Part shown: positions 49,839 through 59,695 of the stretch, piece after piece | Layout of the letters: each line of letters starts with the position of its first letter | How positions within the stretch are numbered: the first letter of the stretch is position 1 | Assembly (NCBI GenBank): GCA_963663765.2 | Contig: CAXXUA010000005.1 | Coordinates: forward strand, 1,280,001-1,344,000 | Length of the DNA: 64,000 nucleotides | DNA from: Candidatus Poribacteria bacterium | Lineage (GTDB): Bacteria > Poribacteria > WGA-4E > WGA-3G | Reading direction: 5' to 3' | Notes under the pieces: model-generated | What the model was told of the DNA's origin: nothing | The model's database searches: none | What the model saw: only the letters and a program-made list of their open reading frames with translations | Position numbers and translations under genes: made by a program

Positions 49839-52091
49839 TTACTCCTGTGTAACTGGTGATTCCGACTCATTGAATTTAGAACGAGAAACAGCGATGATAG
49901 ATTTTATCACAACAATGATCGGAATAGCAAGTAGTACGCCCCAGAAACCAAGGATTGAAGCACCGATGATCACGGAGAACATAATCAGCAGTGGGTCAAC
50001 ATCAACAGCATTACTCATCACTTTTGGAGAAATGAGGGAGTTGTCAATTGCTTGAATGCCGAGTACGGCACCTAAAACGAATATACACCGGATGAGAAAA
50101 CTGAGAGTGCTGCTGAAATCACCTGCAGCCAGTCCCATCAACATTGCAATGTATGCGAATCCACCACCGATAAAAGGACCGAAAGTCGGTATTGCATTAC
50201 AGAATCCTGCTAAAATACCGACGAGAAGTGCGAAAGGCACGCCGATGAGCCGATAAACGATACAGGAGATGATAGAGACGATAACAATTACGGTGAATTG
50301 TCCTTTGAGAAATTGGTGCATATTCGTATCAATCTCACGTAAATATGCCATTGTCGTATCACGATGTTTTTCAGGAACTAAGTTTATGAAACTACGGATA
50401 TACCTTTCAAACCCTTGGCTTGCATAGACAAAAACGATAAAAGCAAGAAATATAGTTGCAAGAAACCCGCCGAACTGAAAAGCGATAGTGCCAGCTAACC
50501 CAGACAACCATTGTACAAAAGCACCACCGCTTGCAGTCCAACCGGGAATTTTTTCTGTTAGATAATCTTGAAACTGTTGTATAAAGGGTTGATCTCTTAG
50601 TCTTAGTAAACCCTCTTGGGGAACAATAAAACGTTTCCATGTGGATGCGTCTTTGCTCTGTAAATGGATGATATTTTTGCCACCGGCATACAGACCATCG
50701 TTAGTGGAAACTAATAGAGAGATTGATTGTGGGAGTAAGTCTGAATCCCTCATTCGCACCCAATCACCTAAAATTGGATTTCTCTTTTCAAAAAGACCAT
50801 TCGTTGTTCCTACAAACATTTGAAACTGATTGTCTGTAGTTGCTTTATCCGTTGCAACAAACGCTTGAATATTACGTTTAGATTCATCTTTAGAATCCAG
50901 CATAGTCCATTTGTTGATACTATTCAGTTGCCGCCAGTGTATTTCAGTAGGAATTTCCTCTTGTGTGGTTAGCTCCGTATTAATGTTTGTTCCATCTATC
51001 AGTCCATTCGTTGAGTCAGTGCTAACAACATAAATATATCTTTTTTTGCGAGTTACATCAATTATTTCCCTTCGTTCTTCAGATCTCTCAATTGTGTCAA
51101 TTTTGAGAATAGATATATCTTTAGTATTGTCAATTTTCTCTTCAGTCCAATTATCACCTGCATCATTACTTCGATGAAGTCCATTAGTAGTTCCAACATA
51201 GATCAAGTTGGGATCCCAAGCGGGGGCATGGAATGTCAGTAGCGTATGATTTTCAAAATATGTGGTTCTTAATTTACGCCATTCCAATTCTTCGGGAGGA
51301 GCGATCAAAGATTTTTTAGTCTTACCTGCAGCCGTGGGTATAACAGTCTTGCTACAGCGATAGATTTCATTTTCTGCGATTGCATAGATGTATTTATTAC
51401 CGACGGTAATCTGATCAATCGGTTTTCCGACCAGTTCACCGTTTGTGATACCAATTTGAGTTGGTTCAGTATCCTTACTTTTCTTTTCATTCTTCAAGAA
51501 ATAGATCCCGTGTTTCGTGCCGAGAATGAGTGTTTCAGTGTCACCGGTTTGATCAACTGCAAAAGCCGTATACTCATCCCCTTCAACTAAAGGGAGTAAC
51601 CTTTCATGATAGAATTTCTGCAATCCTTTTGCCATTTGTCCAATTTGATCTCCGACTCGGAATCCTGTATAGGTTAACCCGACACCGCAAATAACCACAA
51701 TCAGAGCAGTAGCGATTGCGCGCTGGTAATATTTCTCAAATGGTAGTGCGCGCCAAAGGAATCTAAAGAGATATGCAAATCCAAAACCGAGAATGAAGGG
51801 CATGAAAACACCAAGTATTCTGACAAATAACCAGAGACCAATCATGATGATTTCAAGATGAACGATAAACTTGATCCCGACCCATTTGTATATCCGGATC
51901 AGCATCGCAATGAGTGCAATCGGTACTAGTGGGTGTAATAAGAGTATCCGATTCCCATTCACCTCAGAAATTGCACCGTGGTAGAAGGCAAATGCGATCC
52001 ATAATGCGGCTAATGCAACACTAATGATTGCCAGTGAAGTTTCACCAGTTATACCAGATTGTTGAGGGGTTGTTTCGTTTTGAGAGTTCAT
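49839..52091 (-). CDS. AI-2E family transporter with a large inserted beta-propeller-like domain
   Basis: FLKGQ, IPTFGPFIG, QAIDNSLISPKVM, GFWGVLLAIP AI-2E motifs; ~350-aa soluble insert with VGTTNGL repeats. Confidence 0.85.
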   Translation of the reverse strand: MNSQNETTPQQSGITGETSLAIISVALAALWIAFAFYHGAISEVNGNRILLLHPLVPIALIAMLIRIYKWVGIKFIVHLEIIMIGLWLFVRILGVFMPFILGFGFAYLFRFLWRALPFEKYYQRAIATALIVVICGVGLTYTGFRVGDQIGQMAKGLQKFYHERLLPLVEGDEYTAFAVDQTGDTETLILGTKHGIYFLKNEKKSKDTEPTQIGITNGELVGKPIDQITVGNKYIYAIAENEIYRCSKTVIPTAAGKTKKSLIAPPEELEWRKLRTTYFENHTLLTFHAPAWDPNLIYVGTTNGLHRSNDAGDNWTEEKIDNTKDISILKIDTIERSEERREIIDVTRKKRYIYVVSTDSTNGLIDGTNINTELTTQEEIPTEIHWRQLNSINKWTMLDSKDESKRNIQAFVATDKATTDNQFQMFVGTTNGLFEKRNPILGDWVRMRDSDLLPQSISLLVSTNDGLYAGGKNIIHLQSKDASTWKRFIVPQEGLLRLRDQPFIQQFQDYLTEKIPGWTASGGAFVQWLSGLAGTIAFQFGGFLATIFLAFIVFVYASQGFERYIRSFINLVPEKHRDTTMAYLREIDTNMHQFLKGQFTVIVIVSIISCIVYRLIGVPFALLVGILAGFCNAIPTFGPFIGGGFAYIAMLMGLAAGDFSSTLSFLIRCIFVLGAVLGIQAIDNSLISPKVMSNAVDVDPLLIMFSVIIGASILGFWGVLLAIPIIVVIKSIIAVSRSKFNESESPVTQE

Positions 52092-52227
52092 ATTTTGTTC
52101 GGAGAGATCAATTTCTTCTCTGAAGAATCACTTTTTGAAATGGTGAGTGAATATGTTGACAAAAAACACTTGTGAATCTATGTTAATAGATACGTATAAG
52201 GTATTGGTTGGGTTTCGCAACGTTAAA

Positions 52228-52332
52228 CCTATAGGTGTCAATTTAAGGATTTTGACCTCTTGTGGGAGGGGTTGAAAACCCCTCCCACAAGAGAAAATGC
52301 AAACAATATTTTCTTAAGTTGCCACCTATAGG
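52228..52332. repeat. Inverted-repeat element (CCTATAGGTG.CAA.TTAAG ends) carrying a GTGG REP, flanked by 19-bp direct repeats
   Basis: REP 52262-52288; GGTTTCGCAACGTTAAACC at 52211-52229 and 52331-52349. Confidence 0.75.
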
Positions 52333-52414
52333 TTTCGCAACGTTAAACCCATAATTCATCGTTATGAATGCCATACACGCATTCATAACGATGAATTTAC
52401 CCAACAATAGGGGA

Positions 52415-54007
52415 CTAAGTTGCTGGAGCTTCAACGGAATCTTTTGTCTCAAAAGTTTCAATGATGCCAGCACCGACACTGTCACCCCAAACGTTGACGG
52501 TTGTTCGGAATCTGTCAAGTAGCCAGTCAATTGAAAGTATCAATGCGACACCTTCAATGGGTAGTCCGACTGCCTTTAGGACGATCACCATCGTAACGAG
52601 TCCTGCTTCAGGTATTCCCGCAGCACCTATTGCAGCGAGTGTCGCAGTCAGGACGATTATGAGTTGTTCTGCGGGTCCCATTGTAATTCCATACACTTGT
52701 GCGATGAACATTACAGCGACAGCCTCATAAAGTGCAGTACCATCCATATTAATAGTAGCCCCTAACGGCAACACAAAACTTGCTGTACGATTAGAGATCC
52801 CATTTTGTTCCTCAACATTCTCCATAGTTAGCGGTAATGTAGCACTTGAACTTGCAGTAGAGAAAGCGTTAAGTAATGCTGTTCCCATTCCTTGTGCATA
52901 TCCGATCGGGTTCCGTCGTCCGAATATGAATAGTAATGTTGGTAGGATAACGAACCCATGGAAACCAAGGGCTAATATCACTGTCATACTGTATTTGCCG
53001 ACAGCAGCTAATTCTGGTAAGAATTCAGCGAAACCTCCTGCTTCCCCTATTCTACCTGCAATTAAACCGAAAATACCTACAGGTGCAATGATCATAATCC
53101 AGTTGACAATCTGCATTACAGCTTCATTAAAGGCGTTAAAGATGGCAATCGCTGGTTTCCCTACATCCCCAATAACTGACAAAGCAGCACCAATGAAAAG
53201 TGAGAAAAAGATAAGCGGCAGGATATCCATATTTGCCATCGCCATAAAGATGTTCTCTGGAATCATGCCCTGTTTACCAGTGTTTTTGTTACCTAAGAAC
53301 ACTTCCATAATGGTCTGCCCCATCGTGCGATCTTCTTGCCTTTTTACATCGGAAATTTTGGGTAGCGCGATTTCAATACCGGCGCCAGATTGATCAACCT
53401 TTAGATCGGTAAATTGGTTTTTAGCAATCAGCAACGTTTTGCCATTCTCTGTTATTATGTAATCAATTTCACCAGACAAGTCTTGCCAATTTTCTACAGT
53501 TACTTCGTTGTCTTTAATAGATTTGATTTCACCAACCAAATTTTGATCAACGAGTGTGATTATAAATTTGTTGGAATATTCTTTTTCAATTTCACCCTCG
53601 GATAATGTTAAAGTGAGGTTATTCTCTCCACTCAAGGTATAAGAGAGATCAGGGTATAGGTCACCTTCTTCTGAGAGTTCTATTCCTTTTCCAGGAGCGA
53701 TAATGTTAACGAGAATCATCCCAACGATAACTGAGATTGCAGTCGTTGCCATATAATAAAGGACGGTGCGTCCGCCGATGGAACCGAGGTTGCGTATATC
53801 ACCAAGGTTTGTAATTCCTACGACCATAGAAAAGATCACAAGAGGTACAACAACCATCTTCAGTAAAGTCAAGAATATTTCACCTAATATTTCGGTATGT
53901 TTAGCAAACCCTGGCGCATACCCGCCAACAAGTGTCCCGAGAATAATAGCGATGACTATACCAATTAGAAGTCCAAAATTACTTTCGGAATTTCCGTTAT
54001 TGCTCAT
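52415..54007 (-). CDS. Dicarboxylate/amino acid:cation symporter (DAACS)
   Basis: LLKMVVVPLV, AFSTASSSATLP, LPLGATINMDGT, IGAAGIP, DWLLDRFRT. Confidence 0.93.
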   Translation of the reverse strand: MSNNGNSESNFGLLIGIVIAIILGTLVGGYAPGFAKHTEILGEIFLTLLKMVVVPLVIFSMVVGITNLGDIRNLGSIGGRTVLYYMATTAISVIVGMILVNIIAPGKGIELSEEGDLYPDLSYTLSGENNLTLTLSEGEIEKEYSNKFIITLVDQNLVGEIKSIKDNEVTVENWQDLSGEIDYIITENGKTLLIAKNQFTDLKVDQSGAGIEIALPKISDVKRQEDRTMGQTIMEVFLGNKNTGKQGMIPENIFMAMANMDILPLIFFSLFIGAALSVIGDVGKPAIAIFNAFNEAVMQIVNWIMIIAPVGIFGLIAGRIGEAGGFAEFLPELAAVGKYSMTVILALGFHGFVILPTLLFIFGRRNPIGYAQGMGTALLNAFSTASSSATLPLTMENVEEQNGISNRTASFVLPLGATINMDGTALYEAVAVMFIAQVYGITMGPAEQLIIVLTATLAAIGAAGIPEAGLVTMVIVLKAVGLPIEGVALILSIDWLLDRFRTTVNVWGDSVGAGIIETFETKDSVEAPAT

Positions 54008-54059
54008 AGTTTATTTCCTTTTATAAGTGGTGTTTAACCACAATATATTAAATGTTTTA

Positions 54060-56072
54060 TTATTCATTTACATCCACGCGAATTGACAGTTCTTCTAATT
54101 GTTCTTCAGATACATTTGATGGTGCATGAGTTAGCAGACACATACCTTGCTGTGATTTCGGAAATGCGATTACCTCGCGGATGTTATCTTCATTCCGCAT
54201 TAACATCACAATTCGGTCAAGTCCGGGTGCGATTCCAGCATGTGGTGGTGTGCCGTATTCTAAAGCGTCAATGAAGTACCCGAAACGTTCTTTGACTTCT
54301 TCAGGTTTGATTTTCAGTATATCAAATATCTTCTGTTGAATATCCCATTGATGAATTCTGACACTACCGCTACATATTTCTGATCCGTTACACACCAGAT
54401 CATAGTGTTGGCTTTGAACTTTACCTGGGTCCGTGTCTAACAGAGCTAGAGTCTCCTCTGTAGCACCGGTGAATAAGTGATGGAAAGGTTCGTAACGATT
54501 TTCATCTTCGTTCCATTCAAACAGTGGATAATCCACAATCCACAAGAAGTTGTACTTTGTTTCGTCTATTAGGTTCAGTTTGCGACCGAGATGTAGACGT
54601 AGGTTACCGAGTGCGTCTGCGACGACCTTTTGTCTGTCAGCGACGAAGAACATGATGTCCCCTTCGTTTGCACCCATCCGTTCTTGTGCTGTTTCAAGTT
54701 GTTCTGTTTTGAAAAACTTGACGATTCCTGACGAAAAACCATCTGAAGTAACCTTAACCCAAGCTAACCCCTTTGCACGATAGGTAGCGACAAAATCTGT
54801 CAAATCTTCAATATCTTTCCGAGAAAAGTCTGCACCACCGGGAACAGCGATACCTTTTACCTGTCCACCAGAAGACAGTGCACGAGTAAAAACCTGAAAA
54901 TCGCAATCAGCCATAACATCTGAAAGGTCTGTGAGTTCCATACCAAATCGTGTGTCCGGTTTGTCATTCCCAAACCGTGCCATAGATTCATAGTAAGGAA
55001 GACGTAAGAAAGGTGTTTGAACGGGGATACCACCTGCGTCTTCAAATATCCGCTTCATCAGTCCTTCGGTGACATCAAGCACGTCGTCAACACCTGCAAA
55101 GGACATCTCAATATCAATTTGTGTGAACTCAAGTTGTCTATCTGCCCGTGTGTCTTCATCTCGGAAACAACGCGCAATCTGAAAATAACGATCAACCCCG
55201 CTCATCATCAGGATCTGTTTAAACTGCTGCGGAGATTGTGGGAGTGCGTAGAATTTGCCCGGATAATACCGACTCGGTACCAGAACGTCACGTGCACCTT
55301 CCGGTGTGCTATTCATTAAAATGGGAGTCTCAATTTCAAGGAACCCATTTTCATTCATATAGTTTCGTGCAGCGAGTGAGGCTTTATGACGCATTTCAAG
55401 CGTTTTCTGCATCTCTGGCCGACGCAAATCAATGAACCTATACCGCATACGTATATCTTCTGCTACATCAATATCGTCTTCAACTGGGAACGGTGGCGTT
55501 TTCGCAGTATTGAGTATCTGCAACGAATCAACCGCTACTTCTATTTCGCCTGTTGCAAGTTCTGGATTGACAGTGCCTTGATGTATACACAGTTTGTCCG
55601 TTTCAAGTAAGATGTCATACGTTCTGTTGTTTTCAATATCAGTGAGAAGCCAATGTTTGTCATTTTCACGAACACTCACGTTAATCTCATCCGATAGAGT
55701 ATACTTCGTATCTACATCTGAAAAGAGGGAACGAAATTCGGATGATAACGATGGGTCGTCGGAGAGTTCATTTTGAAACGATACGTTAGCTGTGAAGAGC
55801 AATTCACCAGGGGCACGTTCTCGGACTGTACCGCTTACGTTTAGCACAAACTCACTTCTGACAGCATCAGCAAGTTCGTGTGCTTTCTCGTCAATCTGTG
55901 GGTCAAAGACAACCTGTGTGATTCCCGTTCTATCACGTAAATCAACAAATATTACGCCACCGTGGTCGCGCCGTCTTCTGACCCAACCATTGAGATGTGC
56001 AGTGGTGCCAGCATCATTCAATCGCAGGTCACCACAATAATGTGTCCGTTCTAAAGAAGTTTCTTGGGACAT
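54060..56072 (-). CDS. aspS: Aspartate-tRNA ligase (probably non-discriminating)
   Basis: RTHYCG, RRDHGGVIFVDLRD, STPEGARD, ALPQSPQ, RCFRDED, GTPPHAGIAPGLDR. Confidence 0.97.
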   Translation of the reverse strand: MSQETSLERTHYCGDLRLNDAGTTAHLNGWVRRRRDHGGVIFVDLRDRTGITQVVFDPQIDEKAHELADAVRSEFVLNVSGTVRERAPGELLFTANVSFQNELSDDPSLSSEFRSLFSDVDTKYTLSDEINVSVRENDKHWLLTDIENNRTYDILLETDKLCIHQGTVNPELATGEIEVAVDSLQILNTAKTPPFPVEDDIDVAEDIRMRYRFIDLRRPEMQKTLEMRHKASLAARNYMNENGFLEIETPILMNSTPEGARDVLVPSRYYPGKFYALPQSPQQFKQILMMSGVDRYFQIARCFRDEDTRADRQLEFTQIDIEMSFAGVDDVLDVTEGLMKRIFEDAGGIPVQTPFLRLPYYESMARFGNDKPDTRFGMELTDLSDVMADCDFQVFTRALSSGGQVKGIAVPGGADFSRKDIEDLTDFVATYRAKGLAWVKVTSDGFSSGIVKFFKTEQLETAQERMGANEGDIMFFVADRQKVVADALGNLRLHLGRKLNLIDETKYNFLWIVDYPLFEWNEDENRYEPFHHLFTGATEETLALLDTDPGKVQSQHYDLVCNGSEICSGSVRIHQWDIQQKIFDILKIKPEEVKERFGYFIDALEYGTPPHAGIAPGLDRIVMLMRNEDNIREVIAFPKSQQGMCLLTHAPSNVSEEQLEELSIRVDVNE

Positions 56073-56092
56073 AATGGGTCTGTGTTTTCCTC

Positions 56093-59000
56093 CTATTTTT
56101 GTATCTCTTTCAGTTCGTTTTGGATCTGTTCTTTGTCGTATAGTAAATTACTTGGATCTGATGAAAGTGGTATTTCTGCTTCTATGACTTTCAAGGCACT
56201 TGTATAGTGTTCAACCTGTTTATCGGATTGATTCATTGCGTGGTAGACTTTACCAAGTATATGATGTGAACGCCATGAATTTGAATCTCTATTTAATCCT
56301 TTTTGTGCGTACTCTTTTGCCGCGTCAATGTTTTCCAGTTCTAAATGGAGTGTTGCCATCGCAGCAAAAATGGGTGCGGGTAATTTCGCATCTCGTCTTT
56401 CAAGTCGTTCATAAGTCCGTAGCGCGTCTTTGTAACGTCCTTGTCGTTGATATAAAGGACCTAAAATAACATATACGTCTAACCTATTCGGGGTTCGCTT
56501 GAGTAATTCCTCAAGTTGTGTCGAAGCTTTAGCAAGTTCTTTTCTCGCTTTTTCGTATTCACCATTTCTCTCATAATCTGTAGCTAAATTCTCATAAACT
56601 ATTGCCAAATTAAGATATTCTTGAATTGCATTCGGATTTTGTCGTAGACTATTTTTCGTTTTTTCTTCAAAATCGGTAAGTTCCTTTTGTTGGTCCTCTC
56701 TAATTATACCTGAGACAACACCGAAGTTATATCGGATTGTTTCGTCATTAGGATTCTGACTTACTGCTTGGTTCATTAGAGTCATCGCAGTTTCAAGTTC
56801 ATCATTAGGATTTGCAATCTGTGCTTTAGCATAAGCAATCTGACCAAGAATTAGTAACTGTGTAGCATTAAAGTAGGTATTCAGTTTTGTTTCAATTGCT
56901 TTTTTCTCCTCCAACGTCGTCCAGTAGTTACTCAAGAGTTGTGTGACACGTTCTCGATATTCTTTCATTCCGATTATATTCTGTGCTGTAGAGTTGACCA
57001 AATCTGTACCTTTGAAGAACTCTAATCTGGGTCTGTCATCAGTGTGGATAGGTTCATCCCGTTCATCCTCAACATACTTCCGTACTGCTTCAGGTCCCAT
57101 CATAAATGAATCCAGCAACGACATACCGTCCAGATCGTCAGCGGCAAGTCCTTCGCGAATACCCGATGACTGGCTACGTCGTATGAAGTCTTTGTAATTT
57201 ATCATAAGCGGTTTCAGTGTACCAATCAGAATAACAAAGTCTGGTGTGTATTTGTACCAAACCGTAGTCTCTGGAAATACTTTGATAAATGTTCGGACAA
57301 TCATCTTATAGTGCTTTTCTGGCAACCGATGTAACGGCACCCACTGACACATCACACCATCTTCAGTGAGGATTCTTTTGCATAAACGGTAAAAATCTGC
57401 TGTATATATATTTGAACTACCTGCACTCACAAGTGGATGGATGATGCCTGTAGAAATCATATCATATTTTTTCTCTGTCATCAAGATATGATTGCGACCA
57501 TCATTTAATTTATAGTTGAATAAACGATTTTCAAAGATATTGCCATTCACATGTTTGAAATGTTTTTGTGCAGCATCAAGCACTCCTTTGGATAACTCAA
57601 TCGCATCTACTTGCACCCCGTGCTGTGTGATTGAATGTGAGGTTAAACCCATGCCGAATCCCACGACGAGAGCACGTTTTGGGTTCGGATGAAGTAATAA
57701 CGGCAGATGTGCAATAACACGATGTGAGGGTGAGTCCCACCGTGAAGCATCAGCAGCTTGATTCGCATCTACATAGAGACGATAGACACCTTCATCATCT
57801 TTCAATGTTGTTACCGTCGCATCTATCTCCTCCTTGTAATCAACGACTTCATCTCCCGGACGTTGCGTCTTGAATATTGTGCTTTTCAAGAAAAGTGGTT
57901 GATTTAAGGTGAGTAAGACAATTACTGCTAACCCAATATTAAGAACTGGCATACCGATGCCTATTCCTTGAAAAACTTGTTTAGCACCGCCTTCTTCTCC
58001 TGTTTTAGTTGCACGCCATCCTGCCAATACCAGTAGACATCCGATACCCGTATTCAATGCGACCGTCAACACGATGCTGGGTCGGATATTCAAGAGTGGA
58101 ATTAGGATAAACCCAGCAAAGAACGCACCTAATATACTACCAACAGTGTTGATAGCATATACGTTGCCGATACTTCTACCGAGTTGACGTGCATTGCCGG
58201 TATAGATTTTTGTCACTAACGGAAAACTTGCTCCCATCAGAAACGTTGGCAGACTCATCACAAGGAAACAGGAAAAGAACGTCCAAAATCGACTTGCACC
58301 AAAGGTGGATTGCAGCGCGTAGGTCATCCCATATAACCGTTCAAACGCAGGTAGGAGTATTAATGCGAATAGACCAATACAGAGTTGGAAAACACCGAAT
58401 GTAATAACAGGTTGTTTGATACGGTCAACCCATCGTGCTAAGATCATACTGCCAAGTGCAATGCCGAATAGGAACGCAGCCAGCATCGTTGCAAACGCAT
58501 AGGACGTACTACCCAAAAAGAAAACCAAAATACGTGTCCACAGGACTTCATAAGCCAAAGCACAGAAACCCGATACACCTATTGCCCACAATACCAATTG
58601 ATGTTCCCTTATCTGCAATCCTCCGTTAGCAGGTTGTAGTGGTTTTGCATTCTGTTGATCCGCGTTGATATTCTCCTGTTCTACCATTTCATCGTCTTCA
58701 TCAGTTTCTATCTTGTGTGCGTGTCGTGACAAAACCAGCGCAACTATAGCAACACCAAGATTGATTGCAATCGCTACTCGGAGTGACCAAGTGATACCGA
58801 ATGCTTCAATTAAGAAAAAACCTGCTGCGACAGTGCCTATCACTGCCCCAAACGTATTCAACGCATATAATATACCGATGTTTGTTCCTAATTGTTCCAA
58901 TCTCTTGACGAAAAACCTTGTCAGGACAGGTAGCGTGCCACCCATCAATGTTGATGGAATGAGTAAGATACCAAATGTTAGGACAAATCGGATAAGTGAA

Positions 59001-59338
59001 AGGGTATAGAATTCGGATGTTATGTGCCGGTTGATAAGGACATAGATTGCAGTTAAGACGGTAAGCAGTAGTGGCCAGATAAGACAAAACCCACCAATAC
59101 CTGCTTCAAGGATGGCATAAAGTTTTAGCGGTGACATTCTGCTTTCGTCAATCTTTCTACCGAAGTAGAAGCTGCCAAGGGCAAGTCCTGCCATGAATGC
59201 TGTGAGAACGGTGCTTGTCGCAAAAACAGTGCTGCCGAAAACGAGCGTCAGTTGCCGCATCCATATTACCTCATAGATGAGGGCACTTGCACCTGATAGG
59301 ATAAAGATGAGCCAAACGAGGAGTTTTATGTGTCGCAT
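56093..59338 (-). CDS. Fused MFS-like membrane domain / spermidine-synthase-like domain with C-terminal TPRs
   Basis: SGASALIYEVIW and LYALNTFGAVIG duplicated TM halves, LVVGFGMG, NDGRN, QWVPLH, TPR-like helices. Confidence 0.85.
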   Translation of the reverse strand: MRHIKLLVWLIFILSGASALIYEVIWMRQLTLVFGSTVFATSTVLTAFMAGLALGSFYFGRKIDESRMSPLKLYAILEAGIGGFCLIWPLLLTVLTAIYVLINRHITSEFYTLSLIRFVLTFGILLIPSTLMGGTLPVLTRFFVKRLEQLGTNIGILYALNTFGAVIGTVAAGFFLIEAFGITWSLRVAIAINLGVAIVALVLSRHAHKIETDEDDEMVEQENINADQQNAKPLQPANGGLQIREHQLVLWAIGVSGFCALAYEVLWTRILVFFLGSTSYAFATMLAAFLFGIALGSMILARWVDRIKQPVITFGVFQLCIGLFALILLPAFERLYGMTYALQSTFGASRFWTFFSCFLVMSLPTFLMGASFPLVTKIYTGNARQLGRSIGNVYAINTVGSILGAFFAGFILIPLLNIRPSIVLTVALNTGIGCLLVLAGWRATKTGEEGGAKQVFQGIGIGMPVLNIGLAVIVLLTLNQPLFLKSTIFKTQRPGDEVVDYKEEIDATVTTLKDDEGVYRLYVDANQAADASRWDSPSHRVIAHLPLLLHPNPKRALVVGFGMGLTSHSITQHGVQVDAIELSKGVLDAAQKHFKHVNGNIFENRLFNYKLNDGRNHILMTEKKYDMISTGIIHPLVSAGSSNIYTADFYRLCKRILTEDGVMCQWVPLHRLPEKHYKMIVRTFIKVFPETTVWYKYTPDFVILIGTLKPLMINYKDFIRRSQSSGIREGLAADDLDGMSLLDSFMMGPEAVRKYVEDERDEPIHTDDRPRLEFFKGTDLVNSTAQNIIGMKEYRERVTQLLSNYWTTLEEKKAIETKLNTYFNATQLLILGQIAYAKAQIANPNDELETAMTLMNQAVSQNPNDETIRYNFGVVSGIIREDQQKELTDFEEKTKNSLRQNPNAIQEYLNLAIVYENLATDYERNGEYEKARKELAKASTQLEELLKRTPNRLDVYVILGPLYQRQGRYKDALRTYERLERRDAKLPAPIFAAMATLHLELENIDAAKEYAQKGLNRDSNSWRSHHILGKVYHAMNQSDKQVEHYTSALKVIEAEIPLSSDPSNLLYDKEQIQNELKEIQK

Positions 59339-59415
59339 TTTTGATTATGCCCAACAAGGATATGTATATATGATATGTCAGTATCCTCAAAATTACAAGC
59401 AGAATCTTCTAAATT

Positions 59416-59600
59416 GGTGTGTAAAGCTTTTTGCGTACAGAATCGCGGATTACGCGGATTATGCGGTTAAAATGTCCGCATGAGAATTTATCGCAGAGAA
59501 TAAGCGTTTTCTAAGCAACACGCTCAATTGCAGATGTATAATCCGTGTAATCCGTGTAATCCGTGATTCTGACAACACCATGCCAAGAACTTTACACACC
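59416..59600. repeat. Inverted-repeat element (GGTGTGTAAAG...CTTTACACACC) with inverted 9-bp AATCCGYGT tandem arrays
   Basis: 11-bp perfect TIR; arrays at 59441-59466 and 59540-59575. Confidence 0.7.
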
Positions 59601-59695
59601 CTCCCAAAATTTCTATTGAAAAACAAAGATCAAATCTGTTATAATGTGCAAAAATTAGGACTTATTGCACTCTACCCTTTCAAAAGGATTTTAGC

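Noticed and set aside
55575-55805. Intein in aspS
   Set aside because: No N-terminal Cys/Ser, no His-Asn followed by Cys/Ser/Thr, and too short
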